The notes: generated from the sequence alone by a model not told the origin. DNA of 64,000 nucleotides from an uncultured Verrucomicrobiae bacterium (GCA_963702845.1 OY969763.1:5792001-5856000), one strand, 5' to 3'. Shown: positions 41,486 through 51,060, counted from the stretch's first letter. Program-made: numbers and translations.

Positions 41486-42102
41486 AGCCGCCGACTTCGT
41501 TATTGATCGTAATCTCAGCGCCTTCGGGCGGCGGCAAAACCACGCTCTGCCACCAAATGCTCACCCGGCACGGCGAAATGACCCGCGCCGTCACCTGCAC
41601 CACGCGCCCGCCCCGTCCCGGTGAGCGCGACCAGCTCGACTACTACTTTCTCAGCACCGAGAACTTCAACGAAAAGCTCAAGGCCGGCGAGTTCCTCGAG
41701 AACGCCACCGTCCACGCTCACAGCTACGGCATTTTAAAATCCGAAGTCATCGCCCGCCTCTCCGAAGGCAAAGACGTCCTGCTCAATGTCGATGTTCAAG
41801 GCGCTGAGACCATCCGTCACCACGCCGAACAAGATCCCCACCTCAGGCACGCGCTCGTCACCGTTTTCCTCACCCCCGCCACCATCGGCGAATTGGAAAT
41901 CCGCTTGCGCCGCCGCGGCACCGAATCAGCCGACGACCTCGTGCGTCGCCTGCAAAATGCCCGGGAAGAAATCGCGCAGTGGAAACATTTTCAATACCTC
42001 ATTATCAGCACAACCGTCGCTGAAGACGTCCGATTAATGGAAGCAATCGTCGAAGCCGAACGCATGCGCCAATTCCGCGCCGAGCCGCCGCAGATGGATT
42101 AA
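41482..42102 (+). CDS. gmk: Guanylate kinase
   Basis: SAPSGGGKTT, TTR.PRPGE....DYYF, DVQGA, RL..RGTES. Confidence 0.95.
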   Translation: MKPPTSLLIVISAPSGGGKTTLCHQMLTRHGEMTRAVTCTTRPPRPGERDQLDYYFLSTENFNEKLKAGEFLENATVHAHSYGILKSEVIARLSEGKDVLLNVDVQGAETIRHHAEQDPHLRHALVTVFLTPATIGELEIRLRRRGTESADDLVRRLQNAREEIAQWKHFQYLIISTTVAEDVRLMEAIVEAERMRQFRAEPPQMD

Positions 42103-42950
42103 GCGAACGGGTTGCTGTTTTTCGGAGGAGGCATTTTCGCGTCCTCCGCCACCAGCTTCGGACATTTAAACGGCGCTCCGATCACGTAAACCAACCCGAG
42201 CGCCAGGTGGCCAAAATAGAAAAACGACAGCCCAAACAAATCAATCACCTGCCAGTGATATAGCCGCACCGCCAGCGCCAACAACAGCGCCCCCGGCATC
42301 AGCGCAATCGAGCAAACCTTCCACGTGCCGAACCAACTCAATCGCCGATCTAAAAACCACGTCACAATTTTCGCGACAAACGTCCAAACGATAGCAAGCG
42401 CACCCCACGAAATGAACATGTAGACCACTCCGACAACAAACGTTAGCGCCCAAATCAGCGGCTGACGCGCCCCCCACCACGGCTCCAAATGCGACCGCGC
42501 CAAACTAATCTTGTGATCGCGCGGATAATCAAACTCAACGCATCCGAGCAGCGACCGCAACACTGAGCACGCCCGTCCAATCGTTTTCTGGCACTCGATT
42601 TGAAAATCCGCAATTTCCGAAAACTCCGCGTCGTCGCTCGGGTTGATTTGCACCGACAGAAATTTCGTTTCAACCACGATGGGCGCTTCGATCCCGGTCA
42701 GCGCGCCGCCTTCGATCGCCGCAGTCTCAGGAAGTTGCGCAATGGTCTGGCTGATCACCGGTCCATAAGCATGCGCCACAAACCAGACGATGCTCGCGCT
42801 TGTCAAAATCGCGAACAGAAGTTGCACCAACAACAGCCTCCGCAACGGCGCGGTCGCGAATGCGGCGACACCGCCGAAAGTAAACGGTTGCCAGGCTGTC
42901 GGCGGTGTTGGCGCTGGAGCAGGTTCGGTTGGGCGAGGTTCGTCGGCCAC
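42099..42950 (-). CDS. Hypothetical membrane protein
   Basis: 283-aa ORF with several TM segments, co-oriented in the rluB-SH3-folD run. Confidence 0.6.
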   Translation of the reverse strand: MADEPRPTEPAPAPTPPTAWQPFTFGGVAAFATAPLRRLLLVQLLFAILTSASIVWFVAHAYGPVISQTIAQLPETAAIEGGALTGIEAPIVVETKFLSVQINPSDDAEFSEIADFQIECQKTIGRACSVLRSLLGCVEFDYPRDHKISLARSHLEPWWGARQPLIWALTFVVGVVYMFISWGALAIVWTFVAKIVTWFLDRRLSWFGTWKVCSIALMPGALLLALAVRLYHWQVIDLFGLSFFYFGHLALGLVYVIGAPFKCPKLVAEDAKMPPPKNSNPFA

Positions 42951-42953
42951 GGC

Positions 42954-43391
42954 TTAAGCCATTGCAGTTGGGCCGCCGCCCTGTTGTTGCGCCGGCGGTT
43001 GAACAATATTCACGACCAATGGAAACCGAAGCTTCATCACGTCATCCACCATCACCTCGACATAATAAGCTCCCGGCGTTTCAAATTTCACCTGCCCAAG
43101 CACAGTGACATTCGTCGCGTGCAGCGCGACGTCTTGCAGCGCAAATTTCAGATCGCTCTTCCGCAGAACCGTCGTCTGGTCCGGAGCAATCAGCCGCACG
43201 CTCTCATTGAACTGGCCGAACCCAGCCGTCCAACGATTAAAAAAGCAAAGCTTCAGTGCCGTCACCGGCAACTGCGGGACATTGATATAATTGATCACCC
43301 CAACAAGGATGAAATTGCCATTAACTTCCTGCCGGATGTCCTCGCAAATGAGCGAGCATTGCAGGTCGGGTAAAATTCTGGACGGAGTCAT
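42954..43391 (-). CDS. Hypothetical beta-sandwich protein (DUF6941-like)
   Basis: ICEDIRQE.NG...L.G and F..PG.Y.VEV.VD patterns; tight operon spacing. Confidence 0.6.
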   Translation of the reverse strand: MTPSRILPDLQCSLICEDIRQEVNGNFILVGVINYINVPQLPVTALKLCFFNRWTAGFGQFNESVRLIAPDQTTVLRKSDLKFALQDVALHATNVTVLGQVKFETPGAYYVEVMVDDVMKLRFPLVVNIVQPPAQQQGGGPTAMA

Positions 43392-43392
43392 A

Positions 43393-44283
43393 TTAAGCTT
43401 TATTTAAAAGTTCAGCGGCGCGAACGGTGTTTTGCATCAAGAGCGCGATGGTCATCGGACCGACGCCGCCGGGGTTCGGTGTAATTTTTCCGGCAATCGC
43501 TTGAACATTCGCGAAATCGACGTCGCCGACCAAACGCGAACCGCCTTTGGCCGCCGGATCATTGATTCGATTCACGCCCACATCGATCACGGTCGCGCCG
43601 GGCTTGACCATGTTTGCTTTGACGAACTCCGGCGAACCGAGTGCGGCGATGATTATATCAGCGCGTTTGCAGTGCGCCGCGATGTCGGCGGTTTGCGAAT
43701 GGCAAATCGTCACGGTCGCGTTGGCGTGCTTCGACTTCTGGCAAAGGATCGCCGCCATCGGTTTGCCAACAATATTGCCACGCCCGAGAATAACGACTTC
43801 CGCGCCTTCCGTTTTAACCTTCGAGCGTATCAATAACTCGTGAACGCCAGCCGGTGTGCAGGGACGAAATCCGGTCTCATCGCCCAACATCAGCTTGCCA
43901 ACGTTTTCAGGATGAAAACCGTCGACGTCTTTCATCGGCGAAACGGTCGAATAAACGCGTGTCTCCGAAATGTGTTTCGGCAATGGCGCCTGGACCAAAA
44001 TGCCGTGAACGTTTTTGTCGGCATTCAATTTCGCAATCAACGCGATCAGTTCCTGCTCGGTCGTGTTGGCGGCGAGCGCGTGCGTCGTGGAAATGATACC
44101 AAGACGTGCGGCGGTCTTTTCCTTCATGCCGACGTAAACCTTCGACGCCGGATCTTCACCGACACGCACGAAAACGAGGCTCGGTTGGATGCCTCGTGAT
44201 TTCAGTCCCGCGACTCGAGCGGCGGTTTGCTGATGAATCTCTTCAGCAATCGCGCGCCCGTCGATGAGATTGCCCACGGGCAT
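43393..44283 (-). CDS. folD: Bifunctional methylenetetrahydrofolate dehydrogenase/cyclohydrolase
   Basis: IDG..IA, VG.DPAS..YV..K, KDVDGFH, PCTP.G, GR..IVGKP, IDVG.N, TP.PGGVGPMT; start at MPVGN. Confidence 0.96.
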   Translation of the reverse strand: MPVGNLIDGRAIAEEIHQQTAARVAGLKSRGIQPSLVFVRVGEDPASKVYVGMKEKTAARLGIISTTHALAANTTEQELIALIAKLNADKNVHGILVQAPLPKHISETRVYSTVSPMKDVDGFHPENVGKLMLGDETGFRPCTPAGVHELLIRSKVKTEGAEVVILGRGNIVGKPMAAILCQKSKHANATVTICHSQTADIAAHCKRADIIIAALGSPEFVKANMVKPGATVIDVGVNRINDPAAKGGSRLVGDVDFANVQAIAGKITPNPGGVGPMTIALLMQNTVRAAELLNKA

Positions 44284-45380
44284 TATGGCAGCTCGATATT
44301 TTCGACTTCGACGATGGGAGTGCTCTTCCAACGCGCGTCGAGAACTTCCGGGCCGGTCACGAGGACGCGCACGCCGAGATAGGGCTTGAGCGTTTTGTCG
44401 GAGGTGGCGGACATCAAATATTCGATTACTTCGCCGGTGCGGGCGTCGTGCAGTTCGTAATCGGTCGGCGCTTGAATGTTGAGCGTTTTCTTGACGGTGC
44501 CTTCGCGGGTCACTACGCGCTTCGGCGGCGGTTCGTTGGAAACTTCAGGAGCAGGTGCAACCGGCGCTGGTGCCGCATCAGCAGGGGTCGCCGCAGGGGC
44601 CGGGGCTTCGTTCGGATTGGCTGCGACTGGTGCGGCTTCCGGTGTCACGGTCGTCGGCTCAGGAGCAGGGGTCGGCGCGGGTGCGGGTGCTGGTTCAGGC
44701 GTTGTCGCTGCGATCACCGGAGCAGTCGCAGGTTGAATGTTCAGGAAATCAGCGGCGACGAAACCGAAGGCGTTCGTTGGCGTCTCAATTTCAATCCAGC
44801 CTTTGTTCTTGCGAATTTCTTTAATGGGCGTGCCTTTTTCGACACGGGCGACGACGCTGTAATTTTCGCCAGGACCACCGCGAACGTTGAGGCGCGATTT
44901 TGCAGTCATGCTGGTGGCGTCGACGTAATCGCCGCTGACCCAAACCGGCGTATTGGTCGGCATCAAAATCTTGGCCCACTTGGCCGGTTCATCTTTCTTG
45001 GGCTTGCTGATGTTGATCTCTTCCAGGACCGACACCGTTTCACCCTTGTGCAAATGGGTGATGACTTCGCCGACGAACGACGAGCGGCCGCGGACGTTGA
45101 CGGCTTCTTGTTTCACCGTCGCGGTAGCGGGCGGGTTGTAAACGAGATTGGCGGCGGCGGTTGATTCTTTGGCCTTCGTCGTCTTGGTGGACTTGGCCTT
45201 TTTCTTCTTCGCCGGCTTGGGCTTGGCTTCTGGCGTTGGCGCTGGCTGAGCCGTCTCCGGTTGTATTGCGGGCGCGGCTGGAGCAGGGGCGGCGGGTTGC
45301 GGCGCGGCGTTGTCTTGGGCGACAAGGGCACCAGCGGTCAGCGCGGAGATGAGTGTAATCAGGTAAAACTTCGATTTCAT
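44283..45380 (-). CDS. Secreted protein with two bacterial SH3 domains and Pro/Ala linkers
   Basis: Signal peptide; VNVRG..S...W.KI...WVS and LNVRGGPG.NY...W.EI...GFV motifs. Confidence 0.8.
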   Translation of the reverse strand: MKSKFYLITLISALTAGALVAQDNAAPQPAAPAPAAPAIQPETAQPAPTPEAKPKPAKKKKAKSTKTTKAKESTAAANLVYNPPATATVKQEAVNVRGRSSFVGEVITHLHKGETVSVLEEINISKPKKDEPAKWAKILMPTNTPVWVSGDYVDATSMTAKSRLNVRGGPGENYSVVARVEKGTPIKEIRKNKGWIEIETPTNAFGFVAADFLNIQPATAPVIAATTPEPAPAPAPTPAPEPTTVTPEAAPVAANPNEAPAPAATPADAAPAPVAPAPEVSNEPPPKRVVTREGTVKKTLNIQAPTDYELHDARTGEVIEYLMSATSDKTLKPYLGVRVLVTGPEVLDARWKSTPIVEVENIELP

Positions 45381-45417
45381 ATGTTGTCGGGTACGGAAAT
45401 TTTTCAGTCCCGGAGGT

Positions 45418-46128
45418 TCACGGCGAGCCCAGTAGAGATTTTATTTCCGGTTCTGTCAACGCTCGCCATTTACCCTCCGGCAATTCTCCAAGTTTAATGC
45501 GTCCAATCTGCGTCCGTTGCAATCGTAAAACGCGAAAGTTCTGGCTCTCAAACAGCCGCCGCACCTCGCGGTTTTTTCCTTCGCCGAGGGTCAATTCCAC
45601 AATCGTGCTGGCGTTACTGACGCGCAGGATCTTCGCGCGTTCGGCCCGCAGTGTTTCGCCTTCGTGCGTGATGCCTTCGGTAATCTTCTTCAACACGTCG
45701 CCTTCGAGACGGCCTTCGACCTGCACCATATAAATTTTGCGAACGCCGTAACGCGGGTGAGTCAGCTTGAGGCAAAAATCACCGTCATTCGTCAAAAAAA
45801 TCAAACCGTCGCTGTCATAATCCAGGCGCCCGACGGTGACGAGGTCTGCCCATTCGCGCGGGAGCAGTTCGTTCACCTTGGCGCGATCGTCATCGGCCGC
45901 TTTCGTGCACATAAAGCCGCGCGGTTTGTTTAGCGCGATGTAGAGCTTTTTCTTCGCACGAATCGTTTTGCCGTCGACCGCCACCTTGTCGTGGAGCGGA
46001 TCGATTTTCGTGCCCAGCTCTTTGACCAGCTTGCCATTCACGGCAACGCGCCCGTCCAGGATGATGCGTTCACTGGCGCGACGCGATGCGATGCCGGCTT
46101 CGGCAAGATGTTTTTGCAAACGAACCAT
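45418..46128 (-). CDS. rluB: rRNA pseudouridine synthase (RsuA/RluB family)
   Basis: RLQK.LA.AG.ASRR S4 domain, LNKP.G, VGRLD.DS.GL..LTNDG, EGKNREVRR. Confidence 0.85.
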   Translation of the reverse strand: MVRLQKHLAEAGIASRRASERIILDGRVAVNGKLVKELGTKIDPLHDKVAVDGKTIRAKKKLYIALNKPRGFMCTKAADDDRAKVNELLPREWADLVTVGRLDYDSDGLIFLTNDGDFCLKLTHPRYGVRKIYMVQVEGRLEGDVLKKITEGITHEGETLRAERAKILRVSNASTIVELTLGEGKNREVRRLFESQNFRVLRLQRTQIGRIKLGELPEGKWRALTEPEIKSLLGSP

Positions 46129-46189
46129 AATTCACGTTACATCGAAAAGGGCGCGAAACACTACTGCGATTTAGTGCGACGCTAGTTTC

Positions 46190-46313
46190 AAGGTAGGGAT
46201 GACGCGCTGCGTCGTCCTCTTTCCATCGTCAACTTTAACGACGGACGACGGGAGATTTGAACAAATTATTTTGTCGTTCGCTGCCGCGAACCGCGCGATC
46301 GTCCCTACCTTAG
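46190..46313. repeat. REP doublet with GTAG ends; includes the left 70-bp inverted-repeat arm (46244-46313)
   Basis: aaggtagggatgacgcgctgcgtcgtcc ... gatcgtccctacctt; 46244-46313 matches the reverse complement of 48071-48140 at 62/70 positions. Confidence 0.8.
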
Positions 46314-48066
46314 TACCAGCCTGGATACGGCGTTGGCTTGGGAATTGGGTCGTCCGTGTGATAGGACGACCACGTGCCGTCGTCGTTCATCACCGAAATG
46401 CCGATGCCGCCACCGCTCTTCGGCGCTTCACTCGCCAAGGCGCCAGCCCAGGCGATATCGCAATGGCTCGCCGGGTTGAGCGCGTTTTTGCCTTCGGCGA
46501 AATTCCATTTGTTGCCGTTGAACATTTTTTTGAGCGCATAGTAATCGCCGGCGATATCGTGTTCGCTGCTCGGGAACCGCTTTTGCGCGACGCTCAACTG
46601 GTTCATCAGGTTGAAACCAAGGTCATGCTTCTTGCTGGCGAAGTTCACCGATTTCCAGCGCGAACCGAATTTCTGCGCCGCTTCCCAACAGATCTGGCGG
46701 CCCAGACCGGTTTCGTCGCCGGCGCCTTTGAGCGAACCGGTCGTGTTCATGAAATAGAACAGGACGGTCTTGAGAAAGTGCCAGTCTTCGGTGCGACAGG
46801 TGAACAAGGCGCGAAGCCAATGTTCGTCGCCCTTTTTCTCGTCGATATAAATGACGGCCAGATCACCCGTGCCACTGGCGGCGACGTCGAAGCCGAGCCG
46901 GAACGTCGGCGTGCTGTGGATGGGATTGAAATCCAGCGATGGAAACTTCTTGCACAGGAACGCTTCGATGTTGTTTTCGCGTTCGCGCGCGCTCGACGGA
47001 TTGAACGCACCGAATTGTTGTTGGACTTCGTCCGCTTCGAGATGAACACGCTCGATCTTGTAATCGTGACGGCAACGTTCGATGGCACTCCACTCAACGA
47101 TGTGATTGGTGGCCGCCCCGAGCGGATTGCACATGTAGGCTTGTTGGAACACTTCCTCATCGCGCGCGCGTGCTTTGCAATCGGCCAGGAATTGATCCGC
47201 AGTAAACTTAGTCCCGCGCGATTTGTTGATGACTTCGACGAGGCCGTGGCCGATGGCGTCCTGGATGGTGACTTTGTAGTAGAGGTTCCAGGGGACGTTT
47301 GGGCGCACATCGGAGCGCGGACAGCCTTGTCCGCGCGTGTTCGTCGTCGCAGAAGCAGTGGAACCTTCGACAGTGTTCGATGTAGCAGGAACTAAAACAC
47401 GCGGACAAGGCTGTCCGCGCTCCGATGCTCCCACCGTCACCCTCGCCTCCTGCGCGAACTCATTAAACAACGTATCCTCCCCATCGTGACTCGACCACAC
47501 GGCGAGATCATAACCCCACGTCACGCGACCCTGCGCCGTTTCCCAGAGCAAACGCGCGTTGGGATGTTTGGCGAATTCATCGAGGCCGACGTCGCCGCCG
47601 TAAACAGCCATCGCCTGCGGATTGGCTGAGAACGCGATGATGCGCGAGCCGTTGTCGAATTTGATCACGCCGACTTTGACATCTTGCGTGAACGCCGACG
47701 GCCGGCCTTTCCATCCAACCGATTGACGCTCAGCGTCTCTTCCCCGTGCGTTTTGATCGTGCGAGTGAGATCGAAGACCTCCGCAAACTTGTAACATTGG
47801 CGGACGTATTCGAGCGCACTGGCATAATCTTTGGTCGCGAAAAGATAATCGCGATTCGGATGCAGCAATCGCTTGCGCACATTTTTAAATCCATCGGCAT
47901 AAGTCCAGCCGATGCGAACGGATTTCTCCGCGAGCGCCACGACTTGTTTGCCGGCGGCGTGTAGTGTTTCTTCACCCTCAATCCAGGCGATCTGATGTGG
48001 CATGAAATAGTCGGCCAATTTCACCGACCCAATATTTGGTTTCGTATTTATAATCATAATTTTCAA
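46310..48066 (-). CDS. Mu gp28-like terminase large subunit (1-bp frameshift near 47710)
   Basis: F.PHQ..W (Q motif), KSVRIGWTY (Walker A variant), VGLDEFA (Walker B), WSSH.G...F, F.QAYMC.P; nuclease motifs LGFDVA...D, DETGLG, HCDIAWA.ALA. ORFs 47665-48066 and 46310-47797 join at gatggaaaggc. Confidence 0.85.
47308..47427. repeat. 120-bp palindromic element inserted in frame in the terminase gene
   Basis: Perfect 28-bp terminal inverted repeats catcggagcgcggacagccttgtccgcg / cgcggacaaggctgtccgcgctccgatg; each arm is itself a hairpin. Confidence 0.9.
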
Positions 48067-48070
48067 CTTT

Positions 48071-48140
48071 CTAAGGTAGAGACGGTCGCGCGGTTCGCGG
48101 CAGCGAACATCAAAACAATTTGTTCAATTCTCACGCCGTC
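48071..48140. repeat. Right 70-bp inverted-repeat arm
   Basis: ctaaggtagagacggtcgcgcggttcgcggcagcgaacatcaaaacaatttgttcaattctcacgccgtc; inverted copy of 46244-46313 with 8 mismatches. Confidence 0.85.
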
Positions 48141-48162
48141 TTCATTTTTTGCATTTTCAGAT

Positions 48163-48969
48163 TTAGTTAATGGTTTGTTGTTCGTTTATTGGTGTTTCGG
48201 TCGACGCAGCGGCGCCGTCCGTATTCTGATTTTGTGATGGCGCTGGCGCTGGCGCCGGACCGTCCAAAGCTTCAATGTGTTGGCGGCGATGGCGTCCCAA
48301 TCCCAACACTCGATCCACAATATCAACGACCGCCCGATGATCAGATTCATCCCCAAACGGCTTCTTCGGATCCCGCAACTTGAGTTCCTGCGCCTCCTCC
48401 CGTTCCGCCGACCGCCGATACTTCCGCGTCCGCAACGCTTCCCTGCTCAACTTCGGTACAAGCGATAACAACCGCACCAAATTGCGCGGATCCTTCTCAG
48501 AATTATCCCGGAGTTCCTGCGGTGTGAGATCAGAAAGCACGCCACCCACTCGCGCGGCGAATAATTTGACGATCAGATCAGGAATCTCCTCCGGTTCCGC
48601 CTTCGTCAGCAGATCGACAACACGGTCAGAATTCCCATTGAGAAGAGCGCTTCGCTCCTGCTCCTTCACCCAATCCCGATACCCACCCTGGGCCCAGCGC
48701 GAAATATTCTGCTTCGTCAACCCCTTGCCCTCATCGCCGAGCGTCTCAATGATCTTCTCATACTCCACCCCATCATCGATCCACTCATTGATGTCCTCGC
48801 GAACAGCCTTCGGCAACCGCGCAATCTTCCCATTGCGACGGTGACCACTCGCCCCCGGCACCGCATCAAGGTAGGGATCGCGCGCTGCGCGGTCCGCCTG
48901 CTGCTCGTCCGGCTCTCGCCCTTCGACTATCGACTTTCGACCCTCAAGTTCATTTATATTTTCATTCAT
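48163..48969 (-). CDS. Mu gp27 / DUF3486-like protein (putative small terminase)
   Basis: GKIARLP..VR..IN.....G..Y..II..L......ISRW HTH-like N-terminal region; directly upstream of the gp28-like gene, as in Mu-like phages. Confidence 0.6.
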   Translation of the reverse strand: MNENINELEGRKSIVEGREPDEQQADRAARDPYLDAVPGASGHRRNGKIARLPKAVREDINEWIDDGVEYEKIIETLGDEGKGLTKQNISRWAQGGYRDWVKEQERSALLNGNSDRVVDLLTKAEPEEIPDLIVKLFAARVGGVLSDLTPQELRDNSEKDPRNLVRLLSLVPKLSREALRTRKYRRSAEREEAQELKLRDPKKPFGDESDHRAVVDIVDRVLGLGRHRRQHIEALDGPAPAPAPSQNQNTDGAAASTETPINEQQTIN

Positions 48970-49261
48970 GCCCCCATTTTGCCCCGCGCCTGAACGAAAA
49001 GCTTCTTAGTGAAACCGACCTTTTACTAGGAAAGTGATTTGCAAGGGCTTGCGACTGGTTTAGCCACGGATTGGACTTGAAGAAGCTTGCATCAATCGGG
49101 TGATGTGTGGTCGTACGAGAATCCGAAACGAAACGTTTTTCAAGTTTGGCCGAAAGACGTGCCTTAATTCGAAGGAGAGGCGAGACAAAAAAAGAAGAGG
49201 TATTGGACATCACAACAACTTGGAAAGAATCGGCTTTTACGAAGAAGAAATGCGATGTTGG

Positions 49262-50158
49262 TCAGCTGAAAAGCGGGACCAAATCGAGAGCGAACTCAAA
49301 ATCCTTCTTTACCGACTTAAAGATAGGGACCGGCTTAGATCTCTTTTGGTTGAGCGCAAGAATTTCCTCTTCATGAGGTTTGCTCATATCGCAGCCGACC
49401 GTGATAGAAACGAGCAAGTCGTCTACTCGCACACAGCGCTTTGGAACGGTCGCGACGCCGATTCGCCATTCCTTTTCGTGGTGCCAACATTGAGCCTTGC
49501 TCAGCAGAATCTTATCTCCGAAAGCACCCGGATTAGCAAAATCCATTTCGAGCGCGCTAAACTTCGGATAGACATCTAGGTAATTCGCGTGCTCGGCAAG
49601 GCATAGCAAATTCTCTGCTGCCCGTTTGTATTTTAAATAATAACCCCTATGGTTCGCACCATAGTAAGCAAAAAGGAGAATGTCATTGGGAATCGCCGAA
49701 AGCGACAGCACGCCGTACCTGTCAATACGCTCTTGCATCCGTCGCCAGTGATCGTCGCGCACATGTTCGTTATCAACGACGGTCGTTCCTTTAACTTTTT
49801 TGATAAGCGCCCACTTCTTCCGCTTCTTGATCCCGGGATATTGTCGGTCGAGAGCTTTACTAAAGTATTTTTTGATTTGGTCTTCCGTGCCTTCAAAACT
49901 GTATCTAACTTTCGAATCAAAGGGATCGTTGAACATCGCTGGACTAGCGAAGAAAACCTCGCCGCGAGCTATCCATGACGCCGAGTGTTCATCGTGAGGC
50001 CTATACTTATATAGGAATTCAGGAGTTGCATCGAACTCATCGGGAACTGCAGGGCTGATTAAGGGGCAGCCGGCGCAGTCCGACACAACCTGCGCCGTAT
50101 CTGATTTCAATTTCAGATATACGCGCTGTTTACATTGCGGACATTTGCCTATGACCAT
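49262..50158 (-). CDS. DUF2971-like protein
   Basis: LYKYR, F.SP..FNDPFD, LSLS....ILL.AYY..NH.G, K...W.HEKEWR, I.VG motifs; N-terminal CPQC...C..C. Confidence 0.75.
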   Translation of the reverse strand: MVIGKCPQCKQRVYLKLKSDTAQVVSDCAGCPLISPAVPDEFDATPEFLYKYRPHDEHSASWIARGEVFFASPAMFNDPFDSKVRYSFEGTEDQIKKYFSKALDRQYPGIKKRKKWALIKKVKGTTVVDNEHVRDDHWRRMQERIDRYGVLSLSAIPNDILLFAYYGANHRGYYLKYKRAAENLLCLAEHANYLDVYPKFSALEMDFANPGAFGDKILLSKAQCWHHEKEWRIGVATVPKRCVRVDDLLVSITVGCDMSKPHEEEILALNQKRSKPVPIFKSVKKDFEFALDLVPLFS

Positions 50159-50192
50159 ACTACGACGCAGCGGTTTCCATTAACTGCATCCT

Positions 50193-50732
50193 TCAATTTG
50201 CCTTTTCGCCATAATAGTGATTGCGAACCCTAGCTACCCAGTTTTGGAAAACTGAATCCAGGTCGTCAAGAGCCTGAACTCCTGCCGTGGGCATCGGCAT
50301 TTCGTGAACAAAAATTTCCGTTGTGCCCACACTGAAGATGCCACCCTCAACTCCTTTCTCGCGGAAGATCATAGTCGGGATGCCAGCGCTAAATAGAATG
50401 CCTGCTTCCAACTGATTCCACGGCGTGGGAAAACTAACAATTTCTTTTGTAGCTACCGCTTTAGAGCTTCCACGCTTCCACTCCCCGCCTTTGGCGCGAA
50501 ACTGCTCAAACCCGAGAATAATCCCGCCGGAACAATGCTTAACCATCCTTAGCACCTCTTTGAGCGGCACGTCATTCGGATAATCACTTCGACCGAGGGC
50601 TCGCCATTCAAGTTTATAGCGGCGCACTAAATCGAGTATCAACTTTGCGCTCGCCTCCTGCGCTGGGCTTAAATTGTCAGGACTTGGTGCTGACACGAAT
50701 ACTGGAATGCGCATTCTTGGAATATTCAGCAT
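50193..50732 (-). CDS. TIR-like / nucleotide-binding alpha-beta protein
   Basis: VFVS first strand, PL.EV...V..C.G.IILG, TPWNQLEAG, P..IFRE..VEGGIF; pattern resembles TIR/DUF4062-type folds. Confidence 0.5.
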   Translation of the reverse strand: MLNIPRMRIPVFVSAPSPDNLSPAQEASAKLILDLVRRYKLEWRALGRSDYPNDVPLKEVLRMVKHCSGGIILGFEQFRAKGGEWKRGSSKAVATKEIVSFPTPWNQLEAGILFSAGIPTMIFREKGVEGGIFSVGTTEIFVHEMPMPTAGVQALDDLDSVFQNWVARVRNHYYGEKAN

Positions 50733-50835
50733 AGGGAATCAGGAAATTACTCTTAGCACTATGTAATTTACAACCGAAATAGGCAGGACAGATATACTCC
50801 TTCGACGCTGTCGTGAAACTTCGCCTTTTGTGACT

Positions 50836-50940
50836 GCTTCAACCTTTCAGCGTTGGTAGTGAAATCGACGGTGCGCCCAGGGTAGCTCCCCGCATCCCTC
50901 CGCAACCCTGGGCTGGATGCTTCAATGTCCTTTCAGGATT
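50836..50940. repeat. REP-like palindromic element
   Basis: gcccagggtagc ... gcaaccctgggc stem flanked by two related gcttcaa..cctttcag units. Confidence 0.6.
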
Positions 50941-51060
50941 TAGTGGGAACGTTGCGAACGGATGTTTTGATCTCGGGTTTTATTTTCAAGTCGTGGAACT
51001 CGACAACGATTGCCCACCAGCCTTGATCATCGTATGCGACTGCCGCGTAGTGACTCGCCA

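Noticed and set aside
49100..49579. 159-aa plus-strand ORF
   Set aside because: Overlaps the DUF2971-like gene on the opposite strand for about 320 bp and has no recognisable motif.
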